This document shows, piece by piece, positions 39,215 through 52,740 of a stretch of DNA of 64,000 nt. How positions within the stretch are numbered: the stretch's first letter is position 1; each line of letters starts with the position of its first letter. The stretch is from contig NC_087437.1 of NCBI RefSeq assembly GCF_036321535.1, positions 39,682,001-39,746,000 of the forward strand, in the 5' to 3' direction. Source of the DNA: Camelus dromedarius (Eukaryota). The translations under genes and the position numbers were made by a program. The notes below the pieces were generated by a model, which saw only the letters and a program-made list of their open reading frames with translations, ran no database searches and was not told where the DNA came from.

Positions 39215-42200
39215 CTGATTGACGAAACCAAGAGTGAGCAGAAAAAATAAACACGAACAGAGGCTGCAGTGTATGGGCCAGTCAGCTGGGAGTTTTAGTA
39301 TTTGGCCTTGGTGATCCTACTCTCATGGTAGGTTATCTTTGCCTTGTGCTATCATTTATCATAACTCTGAGGGCCAGGGAGAGAAACAAACCTGCAATTT
39401 TTCTATTGGTTACATTCATTAGACTGCTCTCCTTTTTTTTCCTTAGCACTCCTTCCTTTGCCCCTCGTCATAATCCCATCCCCTCAGTAGTATTCCCTAA
39501 AGGACGGTGAAATTAAATCTAAATACAGCTCTCCCCTTTTCCTTCTTTTCCAGCATAGATCATTGCAAGTAATTAACCTCTGTTATTCCATCAAATCTAG
39601 AATGCGAACCTACATGTTAATTTACTTAAGTCAGACCCGGTCATAAATCTGCTTCGGTAGCAGCTAAACTCAATGAAGATCCTGGATGTTGTTCAGCTCT
39701 TCGGATTACTAACATCTTCTTCTTAAATAATAGCACTTGACTTTTTCAGGCACAAACCGTGTTTTGTATTGGGCTTGACAGCCACCATAAAGTACTCCCC
39801 CAAGTGTCAGTAACAAAGATGATTTGTATGTGGCTTGCAGTCTTCCAGTGTTCTAATAGCTTTCTCATTCCAACCCAGGAACATGGAACACAGGGCAGCT
39901 GGTTAAAGCTGATACAAGCATTTCTTCTCGCAGCAGGCTCTTCTTGCATAACCATTTATTTTGCAGAGTTTTAAAGTGCCTGAAGGATTTAATTATGTAC
40001 ATAGACAACCCCTATAAACTCTATTCTAGGGTTTTTATTGACTTTTGTGCTGGGCAGCTCTTAGGCATTTCAATTAAGTGTTTTTATAAGAAAAACTACA
40101 ATATTGTAAAAAAAAAAAAATTCTTTATAGATACTTCCAAACAGTTTTCCCCGTCCTGATTGAATAAGCTTTATTTAATTGACAGAAAAATTCCAGGTTA
40201 ATTCGAAGTTTAGTTTTTCTACTTTGAAAAAACATAGGATTTGGGTCCCACACAGGTTTGTGAAAATGGACCTGCTAATATCAGTGAAGGGACAAGGGCA
40301 GGGGGAGGGGGACAAGATCACTCCGTAACATACTCTGAAAAGTCACAAGGCTACCTGTTACTCGGGAGTTTACTTCAACTCATAAGGATACAAACCTGAA
40401 TGCAAAATTTTACATGTTCCACTTAACAAGTGCAGAATAATAAATTACCAAATTCATTTGGAGCTCCCGCCTGACAGGTCTAACCCTCCAAAGCCTCCAG
40501 GAGACCCCAAAGCCGCCTTTGTCTGCCTTCTTCAATTGCAGGGCTCAAGTATTTACAAGGCTTCTGCAAACCTGCCTTCATTATGATGTGGGATATTTCA
40601 GTCCCAGCAGGTGGCCAGCAGGAGACCAGACCTGCCCGTGAAATATGTAATACTTTTTCATATACTTTAACCAGAAATGTGCCCCTCCACAACTCTCCTA
40701 ACTGTTCTAATTTCCCTTTCTCCTCTTAATCTCCTCAGCAAGCCATGAGCTTGCATTAAAATCTACCTAAAACATTTCACCCACAGGCAATGTAATTCTG
40801 AAACAAGCAACCAACATTTCACAGCTCTGGAGTAATAGATTAATTTGAACCTAATGTTGCCGTCGTTTACTGCTCCAAATGTTCTGGTGTAGACATAGCC
40901 CCGAGGCATGGTGCTGTGGCATGCACAACTTTGGGAGCCGGAGCTACAGTTGGCTTAACATCTGTGCATCACATTTGCCATGTGCCTCATTATCCTGCAC
41001 CCCACTGTGCCTACCTGTCCCCCTCAGCTTCTCAGCCACAGGCGATCCAATTTTTTTCCCCTCCAACTAAGAATCTTTGTTCTCCTTCTCACTTACTAAA
41101 TTTTTGTGAGACCTCTGCACCCAAGCCGTGGGGATTCAGTCCATGTGAACAGCTCAGGCCCTTTAGATTCTTAATTCTCCATTAGGAAGAGGAAAATCAC
41201 AGCATTAACTTTCTGACATGCCACTGCATAAATTGTGCCATTTGCAGAATCTACCAGAGTCTGGGACCAAACATGGGAGCGTGTAATAAAGCCTGGCGTT
41301 GTTGGTTTTGACTTTAACAAGTTTGGTCAGTTTCAATTATCTGGAAGCGAAAAAAAAAGAGTAACCTCCAATTCAAGATTTAAGGGGGACCCAAAAAATA
41401 TTCAAAGAAAGAAAAGATGGTCACAACAGACATCAAAACCCAGGGTCTTGAGCTATTTAAGGAGTCAGCATTTCAAAGCATATCGCTACAAATAGTTGAC
41501 ATATACAGCCCTCCCCTCTACCAAAAAAAAAAAAGCAAGGCTTTAAAAATATACGTAGTAACCAGGCCAAACAGCTGCTTAAATTTTAATCCTGCTTAAA
41601 CAATAAAAGAATGGTATGACTCCTTTATTGGTTTTCCATTGGAAGTGTTTGGGGCACCCATTTAACAGAGACAGAAGAAAGATTCAGTCCCACCAAAATG
41701 ATTTAAAATATGCAAAACTTAAATAATATCTGTTATTATTATTATAAAGTATAGGTCTTATTAATAATAATAGCATCAATATCAAAATACGTAAAAAGCA
41801 ACAGACTAGTCAGACTACTGTCTGAATATAGAAAAACCACCATCCTTGCTACAAGGTAGAAGAAAAAATTCAAACCAGAGGAGTTTGCCTCAAAAAGACC
41901 AAAGCTAGGAATAAAGAAATTTTAAAACATTGTCTACATATTACATATGACAAGCTGGATTTAGACAGTAGTCAACACATAAGAAAGGTGGCTTAGAGCT
42001 CTTCAATTATTTACTTGTGTGCTAGGAAAATAATTTACTGTGGGTGATAGGAAATTAATTAGTTTTAAATGACCATTTTCATAAAATTAATAATTTAAAA
42101 GATAAATCAGATTCAAACAATACCTACAACCCATCACTCAGATTTTTAATTCCTCAGAGGAAAACAAAATTGAGGTCTTGGAAGATAATTTTTTAAATGC

Positions 42201-43594
42201 CTTCCCCACATAGAAATATGCTTTGCTCTAGAAATTGTATTGGATTTCCACACTTCCCCACATAATCCTCAACATCTACACAGTACAGAGCTGTGAGTCT
42301 TGCACATTTCATTATATGCTTGAATTAATTTATCCTATATGGAATTTGTTACCTTTACAATAAAAAAGTCGCTATTCATTATTGAGAGTGGACAGATGGA
42401 ACGTGTTCAACTTAAGACATCAATAAGAAGAGAGGGAAAAACTTATAATCCATGTGGCACAGTCTTCGCCATCTGGTAGTTCCCCAGTTGTCTGCCAAGA
42501 CTTTTTTCTCCCAAATAAAAGTGAACATTTCTCTTTGGAGTTAATGGAACATTCTTAGATACTGACCCTGAGCCTGATTTATATAGATAATAAGCAAGCC
42601 TACAATTAAAATAGTATATTTTCCAAAAATAATCCATGTTGTAGGGGAAATTTTTGAGCCTAACTGAAAAAAAAAAATTAGAACTACTATTTATCTAAAA
42701 ATATTATCAGATAAACAAAACAATTTTTCATTTTGATAAATAATAAAGGCCATTGAACGAGATAGTTCATCCCTTAGAAAAATACACTGTAAGCTATATA
42801 AACGCGAAATCTGGCAATAAAGAGGCTGGCGGTCTCAGGCTTAGACCATGTTTCCCCCTCCTTCCCGAGCCCTTTAGCCAGCAGATAATACCCGATGTGG
42901 ACAGCAAGAGGCTCCATGGACAGGTCCATCCCCAGCCACAGCTGCTACAGCATCCCTTTACTAAGATGCAGCGCACAAGCCTACCTCACTTAGAAGTACG
43001 TTAAATCCTACCACATTCCTACAAAATTTAAGTAATAATCCCATCTATTAACTAGAACAGTGCATATACACTTTTCATGTGCTCACCTCTCCTCTAAGGT
43101 GTTTGCTTCTAATTTCTGTTGTTCTTTGCATTAAACTGTCTCATTATGTAAAAGACATAGGGCTGGTTCCTTATTTATTAGTGCACTAGCTCCAGGTGCT
43201 ACAAATAATAGGAAACACATACCCATTTCTCTGGCCACTGCCTACCATTTAAAAAGATCCTTGTACAGAAGAAAAGCTATCTGCCTAATTCTTGTATCCC
43301 AGGATTAACAAAGGACTTTACTCTAACAATGTAACAGGTTTTAAATTTATTCCTTAAAAGAACTGCTAAAATTAATTAGCAATTTAGACAATAAACACGT
43401 TTTAAACACTTACTATGTGCTTAGCTTACAACCCCCCAAAATGTGGACTGAAATGTGAGGGATATGCTATAGTACTTTTGACACTGAGAAACTTAAAAAA
43501 ATAAAATAAAACCTTACTAGCATTTAAACTGAATTTTTGGACATGAAGCCTCACTACACAAAATGTAAATTTTTCTTTAAATTACTTAATTAAA

Positions 43595-43830
43595 AATGTG
43601 GTGGAACTGAATTAAACCAAAACTTGGGTCAATACGATACCAGTTAGGTGACTTCTGCCAGCTGCTCTACCTAGCTGTTCAATTTCCTCTTCTCTAAAAT
43701 GAGAATTACCATAAAAATACCTACATTACAGAATCATTATGAAGATTAAATAAGATAATATGTGTAAGAGCTTAGGGTTGCACCTGACACAGCATAAAAA
43801 TGATTCATTAGCCATTATTATTTTTATTAT
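43595..43830 (+). mobile_element. MIR SINE
   Basis: tttcctcttctctaaaatgagaa...tacctac...tgaagattaaataagataatatgtgtaagagcttag...ttagccattattatt. Confidence 0.8.
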
Positions 43831-44267
43831 ATATGCATTCAGAATTTTTAACAATTTTTAACCATTTAACATTAGAATTACATTCAAATTATTTGTGAAA
43901 ATTACCCTAAGCCAATTAATCTGAATCTGTGGGGGTAATTATAACGTGTAGCTAGAATTGAGACCCTCTGATGAAGATGTTGAAATTCAGCAGATTGGTG
44001 GCCTGCAAATAATTTGCTTTGGCTACTTCCTTGTGTCCTGCAGCAAAGCCTGGCTCAGTCCTCTGCATAACGTAGATCTGCAGTTATCAAATAAAATAGA
44101 AAACTGCTAAATCTACCTCTCAGTTTGCATTGCACGAATTCTTGGTTTTAGGGTTGCTTCTGCACATGGTATAACAGGTTAAGAATGTATTTCTAGGCAT
44201 TGTTCTGGGAAAACCCTTTTATCCCATGTCTATATGACATCTCGACATTTATCTCTCCTTTCAGTAC

Positions 44268-44639
44268 TGTTAAGGGCTAACTTGTATCCTCCCAAAATGT
44301 GTATGTTGAAGCCCTAGTGCTCAGTACCTCAGAATGTGGCTTATTTGGAGATAGGGCCTCCAAACGTGACTGCATTAAAACGAGTCATTAGGGTGGGCCC
44401 TAAACCAATCTGACTGGTGTCTTCAGGAGAAGAGAAAATTTGGACACACAAAGAGGCACCAGGGACAGACACACACACAGGGAAAGGCCATGTGACGACA
44501 CAGGGAGAAGGGGGCCATCAACACGCCAAGGAGAACAGCCTTGGAAGAAAACAAACCTGCCAACACTTTGATCTTGGATATGGAGTCTCAGGAACCATGA
44601 GAAAATAAAGTCTGATAGTAACCTAAGAAAACTAACACA
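44268..44639 (+). mobile_element. MLT1A-like MaLR solo LTR
   Basis: TG...CA ends; tatgttgaagccctag...cctcagaatgtg...tttggagatagggcct...agggtgggccctaa.ccaatctgactggtgtc...ctgccaacactttgatcttgga...gagaaaataaa...aaactaacaca. Confidence 0.92.
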
Positions 44640-44659
44640 ATCACTGACCCACTCACAGG

Positions 44660-44858
44660 TAGGATCGGATTCCCTCTCTCCCAAAGGCTCTACCTCCCAA
44701 CATAGTCTACAGTGTATCATATTTATTTATGTATCTGAAAGCCCACAAAACTGAGATTTCTTAAATTAGAGACTATGCAATTTATCCTTGTCTACCTAAC
44801 ACCCATGGACCTGGCATAATTGCTGAATGAATGAGGAATGAGTGAATGAATGAATGAA
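44660..44858 (+). mobile_element. L2 LINE 3' end
   Basis: actgagatttctta...gactatg...cctggcata...tgctgaatgaatga..(tgaa)n tail. Confidence 0.7.
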
Positions 44859-45662
44859 CACCAAAATGGTTATCGAGCCAAGTAAATGAATAATAAGTGT
44901 CAATAAAAATGGAAGAGAAATTCCCATAACAGAACCTTTTCTGACTGTATCAAAATCCTACACCTGATATGTAGTGCCACCTACTAGTGCCACTGATAAG
45001 CAAAGCACACAGACATAAATAGCCAAAGAAAATGACCGAACAACACAAAATTCTGTGATCCCTGGACTACTGCTGAACAATTCAATCAACAAAATCTACA
45101 GATATTCTTTGCTTAAGGTCTGCAAAGCTTCCCTGGCTCCTTGCCCATGGCAGAGGTAATGTTCACTCTAATTCAAGCCAATCTGTATCCATTCTAGTTT
45201 AAGGACTGTAAAAGCATTGCTGAGATTTGAAAACCTGGCCTGATATGGCCACGAGCTTTTATAAACTTTGATCCTTAAGAATCTGTTTTTAAATAAAGTT
45301 ATGTGGTAATAAAATGCGAAAGTCTGGACTGCATTGATATAGAATTATAGAATTGCTGATAAGTAATAACATTTTGGGTACAGTGACTTTAAACATAGTT
45401 TAAAGCCAAACAGAGCCCTAGGATGCCACCCCAGTATTATGGGCATTTTATATCCCTCATTCATAGCACAAAAAGCCAGAAGGTGGCCCTCAGGGATTAT
45501 TGATAATGACACAACAGGGAATTAAGGTGAACCAACCAATTTGAGTTTTACTCTCACTCCTTCTATAATGAATGAACTGAGCCTACAGAGCCTGCTTCAA
45601 AATTTATTTTTAAAATACAATAAAACAGTGTGAGTAGACATCTTATTTTTATAGGTACTTAC

Positions 45663-45892
45663 GTTCTGCATATGATTAAGCACAAACTTGCAAAGAATTA
45701 CCCACTGCCCCAACCCATCGGATCTGTTATCAAACTTGCAGGAGCCAGGAGTGTTTCGAAGGGAAATGGGGGCTGGTGACCTGAAGCCCACTCCCTTGGG
45801 TCAGTGCATGCTGGGAGGGGAAATGAGCTACAGAGCAGACAATTTTCAGCTTCAGTGGTTTTACTTTCTTTACCAGGCCTCACGAAAACACA
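45663..45892 (-). ncRNA. Candidate internal exon (230 nt)
   Basis: Minus strand gtgtcctttgttttgtcag|TGTGTTTTCG...GCAGAAC|gtaagt; strong acceptor and donor; no recognisable protein. Confidence 0.45.
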
Positions 45893-47884
45893 CTGACAAA
45901 ACAAAGGACACAAAATTAATGACCCATGCATTCTGTCAATTGACTCTTAGTAGCAGTGGCCAGTTCACCTTAATTTTTTTGTTCACATTGAACATGTAGC
46001 CCAAGGCATTGGTTAAGGTTCACTTAAGAATTCTTCAAAGGCATCACTTGGTTTTCATTAATTTGTTAACTGTAACTTCTCCTTTCTGCTAAGGAACCCA
46101 CAAACCAAGCGAAGGCCTTTATGCAAAATGAAAGAACAAAAGGCAAATGTTTGACTAACCAGCCCTTCTTTTGCCTTCGGAGTAATCATTTCTCATTCGT
46201 GAATATTACAGTAAATTATATCAGTCAGATTTTTCTAGAACTTAAACTATATTTAAATCTTCTGGAATTTCTCAGAAAACCAAGTGTCAACTCACAGCTA
46301 TTGTAGATGGAAAAGAAACACTGTAGCTTGTTATTTCTGTGAGTAATTATTTCCTAATTATTCCTGTGGTCTTCAACCAATAATTGTTTATGAAATCTAA
46401 TTTGAGTTTACATAAAGTATGGTCAGTTTTTGGTCTTAAATAAAATTTAAGAATTGACAAAAAAGTAATAAGAATATAAAATGATGTGTAAATGTAACTG
46501 AGTACTTCCATATCCATACAAAGACTGTACCACCTTCAAGACAATGGTAACACTCTGCACTGGCATTTTCTTTCACTTACTGGCACACAACGGACCCTTT
46601 GATATTAGAGTACATTTTCCTATTTGCTCAAAAGTTACAAAGAAGTTTTATCTCTATGAATATTTTTTTTTTGTAAAGTTGCTAAAAGTTGAACAGTTTT
46701 CCAAGAACACATAAGTAGTGAACACTGAGGCATCAATGGTGGGGTCTGAGTTTTCTTCACCAAATTTGAAACCAGAATATAGGATGAGGCAACAGCTGCT
46801 TTCAAGACTCACAGGAAGTTGGTAGTTTCAACATTTCTCATTATAAAAAACAAGCAATCAGGACAGTTCTAAGTGTGAAGGAGTCTACCATGAGGGCATT
46901 TGGTAGTTTTTAGCAAAGAAAATCGAGCCCATGAAGCAAATGTACTATTCCTTTCCTTAAGCGCCTCAGACAGTTATAAAATATGATAGCAATGCTTGGT
47001 TGGTACAACTTCACGTTAGTTGCATCTGTCAGCATTTCCATTACAAACCCTTGATTTTCAAGGCTTTATAACTCAGCTGTGCAGAGCTGCTTTAGAAAGA
47101 CAGTTGGCAAGGAAGTCTTAGGCAGGGGGTTTATCAAATTGAACAAATCTTTGTTTAGCTATCTCTCAGGTCTGTGAGCCAAGGTCTACTCCCAGTTAGA
47201 CATGCCAAACTTCCAGTGACTTCAGTGCCAGAGAAAGGTTTTTCCTCTCTTTAAATTCACTCCACAAGAGCTTCTCTCATTCTTGTTTCAGAAGCCGCCA
47301 GGATCCAGCTCATATCCTGTGTAACCCAGTGGGAGAGGAGCCACATCATATGTAACCCTGTAGGACATATGAAGGGAGTCTTGGCCAAGTGTCTCCAGCT
47401 TGAAATGTGGACAGCACTACAGAGAGACATGGAACTTTTGAATATGTGTATAATTAAAATGTAGGCACATGCTTGCAAAGTGAAGCAGTATTCATTTATT
47501 AAAAGCCTTGTTGACTGTGGGAGCACATGTGTGTTTCAGGGGAGTTCTAATTACTCAGAATATGAACTTATCGACACATTATCTTTGAAGAAACAGAGGA
47601 AAAGAGACAATCCAAACTGTATGCATCACCTATTGTATACCCGTTTTATAGTCTTTGATAACTATTTATTTAATTGAGACTTTGATGTTGGAAATTTATT
47701 GTAAACCTATTCTTGATCAGAAGTGTGTGTAGGGAAGTTCTAATCAAATATAAAATTATAGTATTTATAAACATATAAGAAACTTAGAAGAGATAGCTCT
47801 GGACAGGTTAGTATAATAGCTCACTTTTGAAGACTGTATTAAAATAGTTTATAAGAATTATCTCTGCATGAAATACATTACATC

Positions 47885-48075
47885 TCAAGTTATTTATTTA
47901 GATATACTACCCTAGATATTGTTGACAAAAAAAGAGTACAAATCAGACAAAAATTCTCACAAAGTGCATTTTAAGTTTGAGAGAGAAGAAAAGACTTGCA
48001 TGTCGCTAATCATGACAAATGCTCCAAATGCTAGGCACCAGAAGAGAACAGAAAAGGTGTTTCAGTAGACCCAAA
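47885..48075 (-). mobile_element. Degraded L2 fragment
   Basis: ttatttatt...ctagatattg...cagacaaaaattctcacaaagtgc...agagaacagaaaaggtgt. Confidence 0.45.
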
Positions 48076-48104
48076 AGTGAAGATTTATGGGATATGCCCA
48101 AGTG

Positions 48105-48275
48105 CATATTAATATTAATAAATGTATGCTATTATATAGTAAAATATTTAAATATAGTAACACTAAAATATTTAAATTTTATATAAAACAAGTTTAACAT
48201 TTATAACTACAATGTATAGTTTTATAAATACTTAATTGGTATATTTAAATATAATACCCATTGAATTAATAATAG
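48105..48275. repeat. AT-rich low-complexity tract
   Basis: Very high A/T content with recurring aaaatatttaaat units. Confidence 0.7.
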
Positions 48276-50233
48276 TGTCTCAGACCTTCCTTATTAAAAG
48301 TTTACACTCAGAAGTACTGTCATAACAAACTTGTCAACAAAGTCTGGGGCTATAAATTTACACAGTTTAGGGAGGTGGCCTACAGAGGCACTAGAAGACA
48401 CCACAAGGCAAATTCAGGTGTCATCGCTCGTTTTAGAAAGGCCTGGACTCCTCAGAAGTTTTTGGAGATGGAAGGCTAGCAGATGGCTTGAGCCAGGTAT
48501 GGTTTGGGTTTGTTCAATGTCTTAATCTATTCTCAAACTTTGAATCTGGCAAAACCAAAACCACATTTTGCCAAGTACTTTCTCCCTTAATTTTTAAGCC
48601 CATGTGCATTTTCAGTGAAATTTAATCCATATGTTTCTTATTTTTTTACACTTAACTCATCAAATATTTTTCTGTGAGAGCCATTTGACGTTCAAAAGCC
48701 TTGGGAGTGTTTTTTTTAAAACTAGAGGCTTTTAGCTTTTTTAAAAAAAAAAACTAGGTTTTTTTTCACATTTTTCCCCCTCAAAACAGGAAGCTGCAAC
48801 CTGCCAAGTATAAATGAATGTGAACATGAACACAATATGTTAATCCAATGCCAAAGGTTTGAATTTGGTTGGAAATTTCAAGTTCACAAAAGTGCCCACA
48901 ATTTTCTAAAAAATATGTGCCTTTGTTAATCTGTCTGCACCTAGACAATGACTGACAATTTAAGTTGTAAAAAATGAACTTTCCTAAAGCTAACCAATGA
49001 GAGGGGCAAGAAACATCTCTTTAGCAAGTTGCAAAAGGAATTCTCATCAAGTCCATTTGTAAAATAAGCAACTGCTGCTTCTTTTTTCTTGAGCTATTAG
49101 ATTTCATTTTCTAAAAATCATTGGGAACATACACCAGTAGAAAGCATATTAATTATCAGGACCTTAAAGTTACATATTTTCATGATAGAGAGACATGGAT
49201 TTATATATTATATATTTATTCAGAAAACTTCATTGCTTATGGAATATGTCAATATATAGTTCATCTTATTTTCTGGATTTATATATATATATATGCAGAA
49301 TATTTCTCCCAGAAAAAAAGCAGCGATAATTGTTATAATGGCTTAACACAACTTAATGCCAACATAGAAACTCAACATAAACACATTTAGAAAAGGAACT
49401 CCAGGAAAGGAGTAATCAAATGGCCTCCCCTCATCACATTTTGTACTTCTTTGTACCCCAACCATGTTTAACACAGCTAAGCTCATGGTAGGCCCTCACA
49501 GCACTCTTATTAGATTAAGTTGAATTGAATCCAATGGCATAAGTGATAAGTCATATTATGATGACCCAAAGAATAATGACACTGCAGTTCCTATAAAATA
49601 TTTAGTAACTTCTTGTCAAAACCATATTCATATTATTCCTCATAATGCTGTGTGACACCATTTTTTTAATCAATCAAAATTCTCTCTTCTGGGTTCCCAC
49701 GGCCATTAGGGTGCAGCTCTGTTATAGCACTAAGTTTGAGGGAGGGGAAAGTGGAAATCTTGACGTGAACATTTGTAATCAACCAGAAGCTGTCGCTGGG
49801 AAGAAAAGAAAGACTGAGGTCTATGGTGTAATGAGTCATCTAAAGAATCCCGAATACCCTTCCGGGAAGACAATCCCAGGAGCGCATCAAAGGGCTTGGC
49901 TTCTAAACCTAGGAACTAACTTTTAGTTTTTGCTCTAGCCACAAAGTTCTTTTTTTTTTTTTTTCTTCTCCTTATACTCAATAGATATATCTGTCCTTTT
50001 TCATACCTCATGTGAGGGTTTATCTGAACGTAATATTACCATGTTTGTCAAGAACATGAAAATTCAGGGAAGTGTCATTCAGTGTTGTTTCTCAATATAA
50101 AAAATAAAACAAAATACACACACACAAGAAAAACTTTAACAGACAATGTTCTGTTAAAGTGGTGAAGCCAATGTCTGAGATTCTCAAGCCAACAGATGTT
50201 CCAAGAGTTTCTCCTTATCTGATTCAGCAGACA

Positions 50234-50333
50234 CTGATTGATTCATCCACCAAATGCTGGTGAGCATCTACTTTGTTCCAGACACTCTTCACAACCAAAG
50301 TTCTTGCCCTCTTGAGGCTTACATTCTAGTGGC
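50234..50333 (-). mobile_element. L2 fragment
   Basis: gattcatccaccaaatgctggtgagcatctactttgttccagacact...cttgccctcttgaggcttacattctagtgg. Confidence 0.7.
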
Positions 50334-52627
50334 TTCACCACATTAACAGCACTTTGTCTCAGAGACAGAATTTTTTTCTGTATATTTCATTTTATTATTT
50401 ATATTAAGAAACCACACTGCATGATACTTTCCTGAGTTTTCATGTTCTTGACAAACATAATAATATTACTTCCAGATATACCCTCACATTGAGATATCTA
50501 TTGAGTTTCATAAGAAAAATGAGGGGGAAAAAACTTTTGGAAAACACTCCAGAAGACTTAGAATGTTCTAGGGCAATGAAAAAGTTGGAAGTGGACAGAG
50601 AAGACTGATAAATGGTGCAAACAGGAGAGCAGAATGATAAACCTGGATGCAGTCTTGGACTTCATCTAGTCCAGAGGTAGCAAAACCAGGACCCACAAGG
50701 GTCCTTGTCTCCTCAAGGTGCACAGCTGGCATTGCTGCTGGCAGACCATGGAGCCAGACTACAGCTTCTGAAACAGTCCAGAGGATCAGAGATCCACCAC
50801 AGGAAAGGATGCAGGAGAGCTGAAGCCTATTTCACTTCCCTGATAATCCACCTCCTTCATGTTTAGATAACTTGCCTGTAGACACACAGCTACCAATTTT
50901 TCACATTGCTTGCAATTCTTTTCATAATTGACAGTGAAGCAAACAGCTTGAATTAGAATTAGAAGACCGAAGAAATCTGATATCCACCAAGTGCCCACGA
51001 TACAAAAACCAGCACAATATCTCACTTAACTAACACACCAATCTTGTGAACTGAGTAGTATCCTCTTATAAATTAGAAGCCTGTGAGATTCTTGCTGGTG
51101 AGACACCATTCCTAAACTGACAAAAACAAACAAACTTGTAGACTTTGGTTTTTCTCTTTGCTTTTACTGCTTCTTTTGGACACTAGGTGTCAGGATGCTT
51201 TCATAGGGGGACATAGGTGATTGTAGATCATTAAATAAAACAAAATGGCGTAGCTCAGGGGAAGTCTCAGTGATCAGCCTCCTTATTTTTCTGTTTCCCC
51301 TTGAGGCAAATATGCTAGAAGAGGTGAAATTCTTTGATCTCCTTGGAAGTAATATTTTTTTTAGAAACTCAAAATAATCTAGTCAATTCACTACGGCAGC
51401 ATAGACTTTGTTGGTCAAGTTCATTATAATCATCTAGTGTTTGCATCAAAATCTTGTGCTGTTATGACAACCATTTTCAAGTACTGACTTCTGTATTGTG
51501 GCTTAAACATGATAAATTCCCACTTTGAGAAGACATCCAGCTGGTAAGGCTACTTCAACTGCCAAGATGATGTTCCACAATTTCCACATCTGCTTCAACT
51601 CCCCTGTCACAGCCTCATTACTAATTTTTCTCCAGTTTTTAAGAATTGGGATAATTTTGTTTCCCTGGAGCAGCTGTAAGTGCACACCCAAGATAGCATT
51701 TTATTTGTGAGTGGTTTCAATTTATAGATGAGATGTGTTTGTACATAAGGTGCAAATTTCTCTCCTCACTTTCTCAATGATTTGACTTTATGACAAGATT
51801 GAGGTAATCTCAAAAAAAAAACAAAAAAACCGAACCCAAAGATATTTAACCTATTTTAAATATTCCTTCCCTAGTTTTTCTAGAATTCTGCCAGAAAATT
51901 CTTCAAAAATACTTAGCCTCATCTAGTTTCAAATCAAACCAATATAAATAATGGGTCGAATTACTAACCTGCAGGGAATGTCATCCTAAATTTCCTGGCG
52001 CTGACTATGTAACCATAAGCATGACTGGTGTATTTACTGGAGGCAGTATATACCGTATAGTGTTCCCTGAAAACTCATGTAACTAATGCAATATGATAAC
52101 CACTAGGGTGCTACTGTGACGTAAAGGATATATTACAGTTTTATCCAATTCAAACAAGAAAAAAAAAAGTTGACTTTAATGGTCCAGCCCTCTAAACAAA
52201 TACATTGCCTGTTCCACTGAACTTGAAATTCAAGGTTATATATAAGTTATCTTGAAATAAAAATAATTCTGTGGCATACACATTCCAGTACCAAGATATG
52301 ATTTTACCTTTTGATCAATTATTTCTAACAGTTGTCATTTCAAGGAATTCAAGTGCTACCCAGGCCATGACATTTACCGAGAGAATGCTAGAGGAAAATA
52401 AGTGGATTCAATAGCACAGATCTCAAGTTGGCAGAAGACAGAGCTAGCCCGAGAGGTGCCATGTTTCCACTCAGGGAGATGTTGGATGGTGGTATCAAGC
52501 TGTCTGAAGCTGGATTCAGCAGATGTGCTCAGGCACCAGCAGAAGGAGGTTCAGAAAGGCAGGCTCTGAGCCGCACGACAGGAAAGGTGGGAGAGGATGT
52601 CCAGGCTCCCCGCGCTTACTTTCTCAC

Positions 52628-52740
52628 ACCCTCATTTCCGTGACTTTACAGAGGTGGAAACTGAGGCCACGAGCTGTGATTTCCCAGAGTCCCAGTCCTA
52701 GCAGAGTAGGCTTAGAGCCATCTAACTTCTAAGACGCCAA
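52628..52740 (-). mobile_element. MIR fragment
   Basis: tttacagaggtggaaactgaggc...gtgatttcccagagtcccag. Confidence 0.75.

Noticed and set aside
39808..39822. Short match to the 5' part of miR-802 (cagtaacaaagat)
   Set aside because: Diverges after 13 nt and no complementary hairpin arm is evident
44400..44720. 106-aa and 63-aa ORFs
   Set aside because: Read-through of the MLT1A LTR
44972..44989. CTCF-like motif tagtgccacctactagtg
   Set aside because: Mismatches at informative core positions; cannot be supported without PWM scoring or ChIP data
7564..46600. Possible identity with a known conserved lncRNA or miRNA host gene (RMST considered)
   Set aside because: I found no miR-1251 or miR-135a hairpin and no other mature miRNA I remember; no gene symbol can be supported without alignment
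50133..50160. 11-bp-stem inverted repeat actttaacaga-caatgt-tctgttaaagt
   Set aside because: Too short for a pre-miRNA, AT-rich, and no associated element
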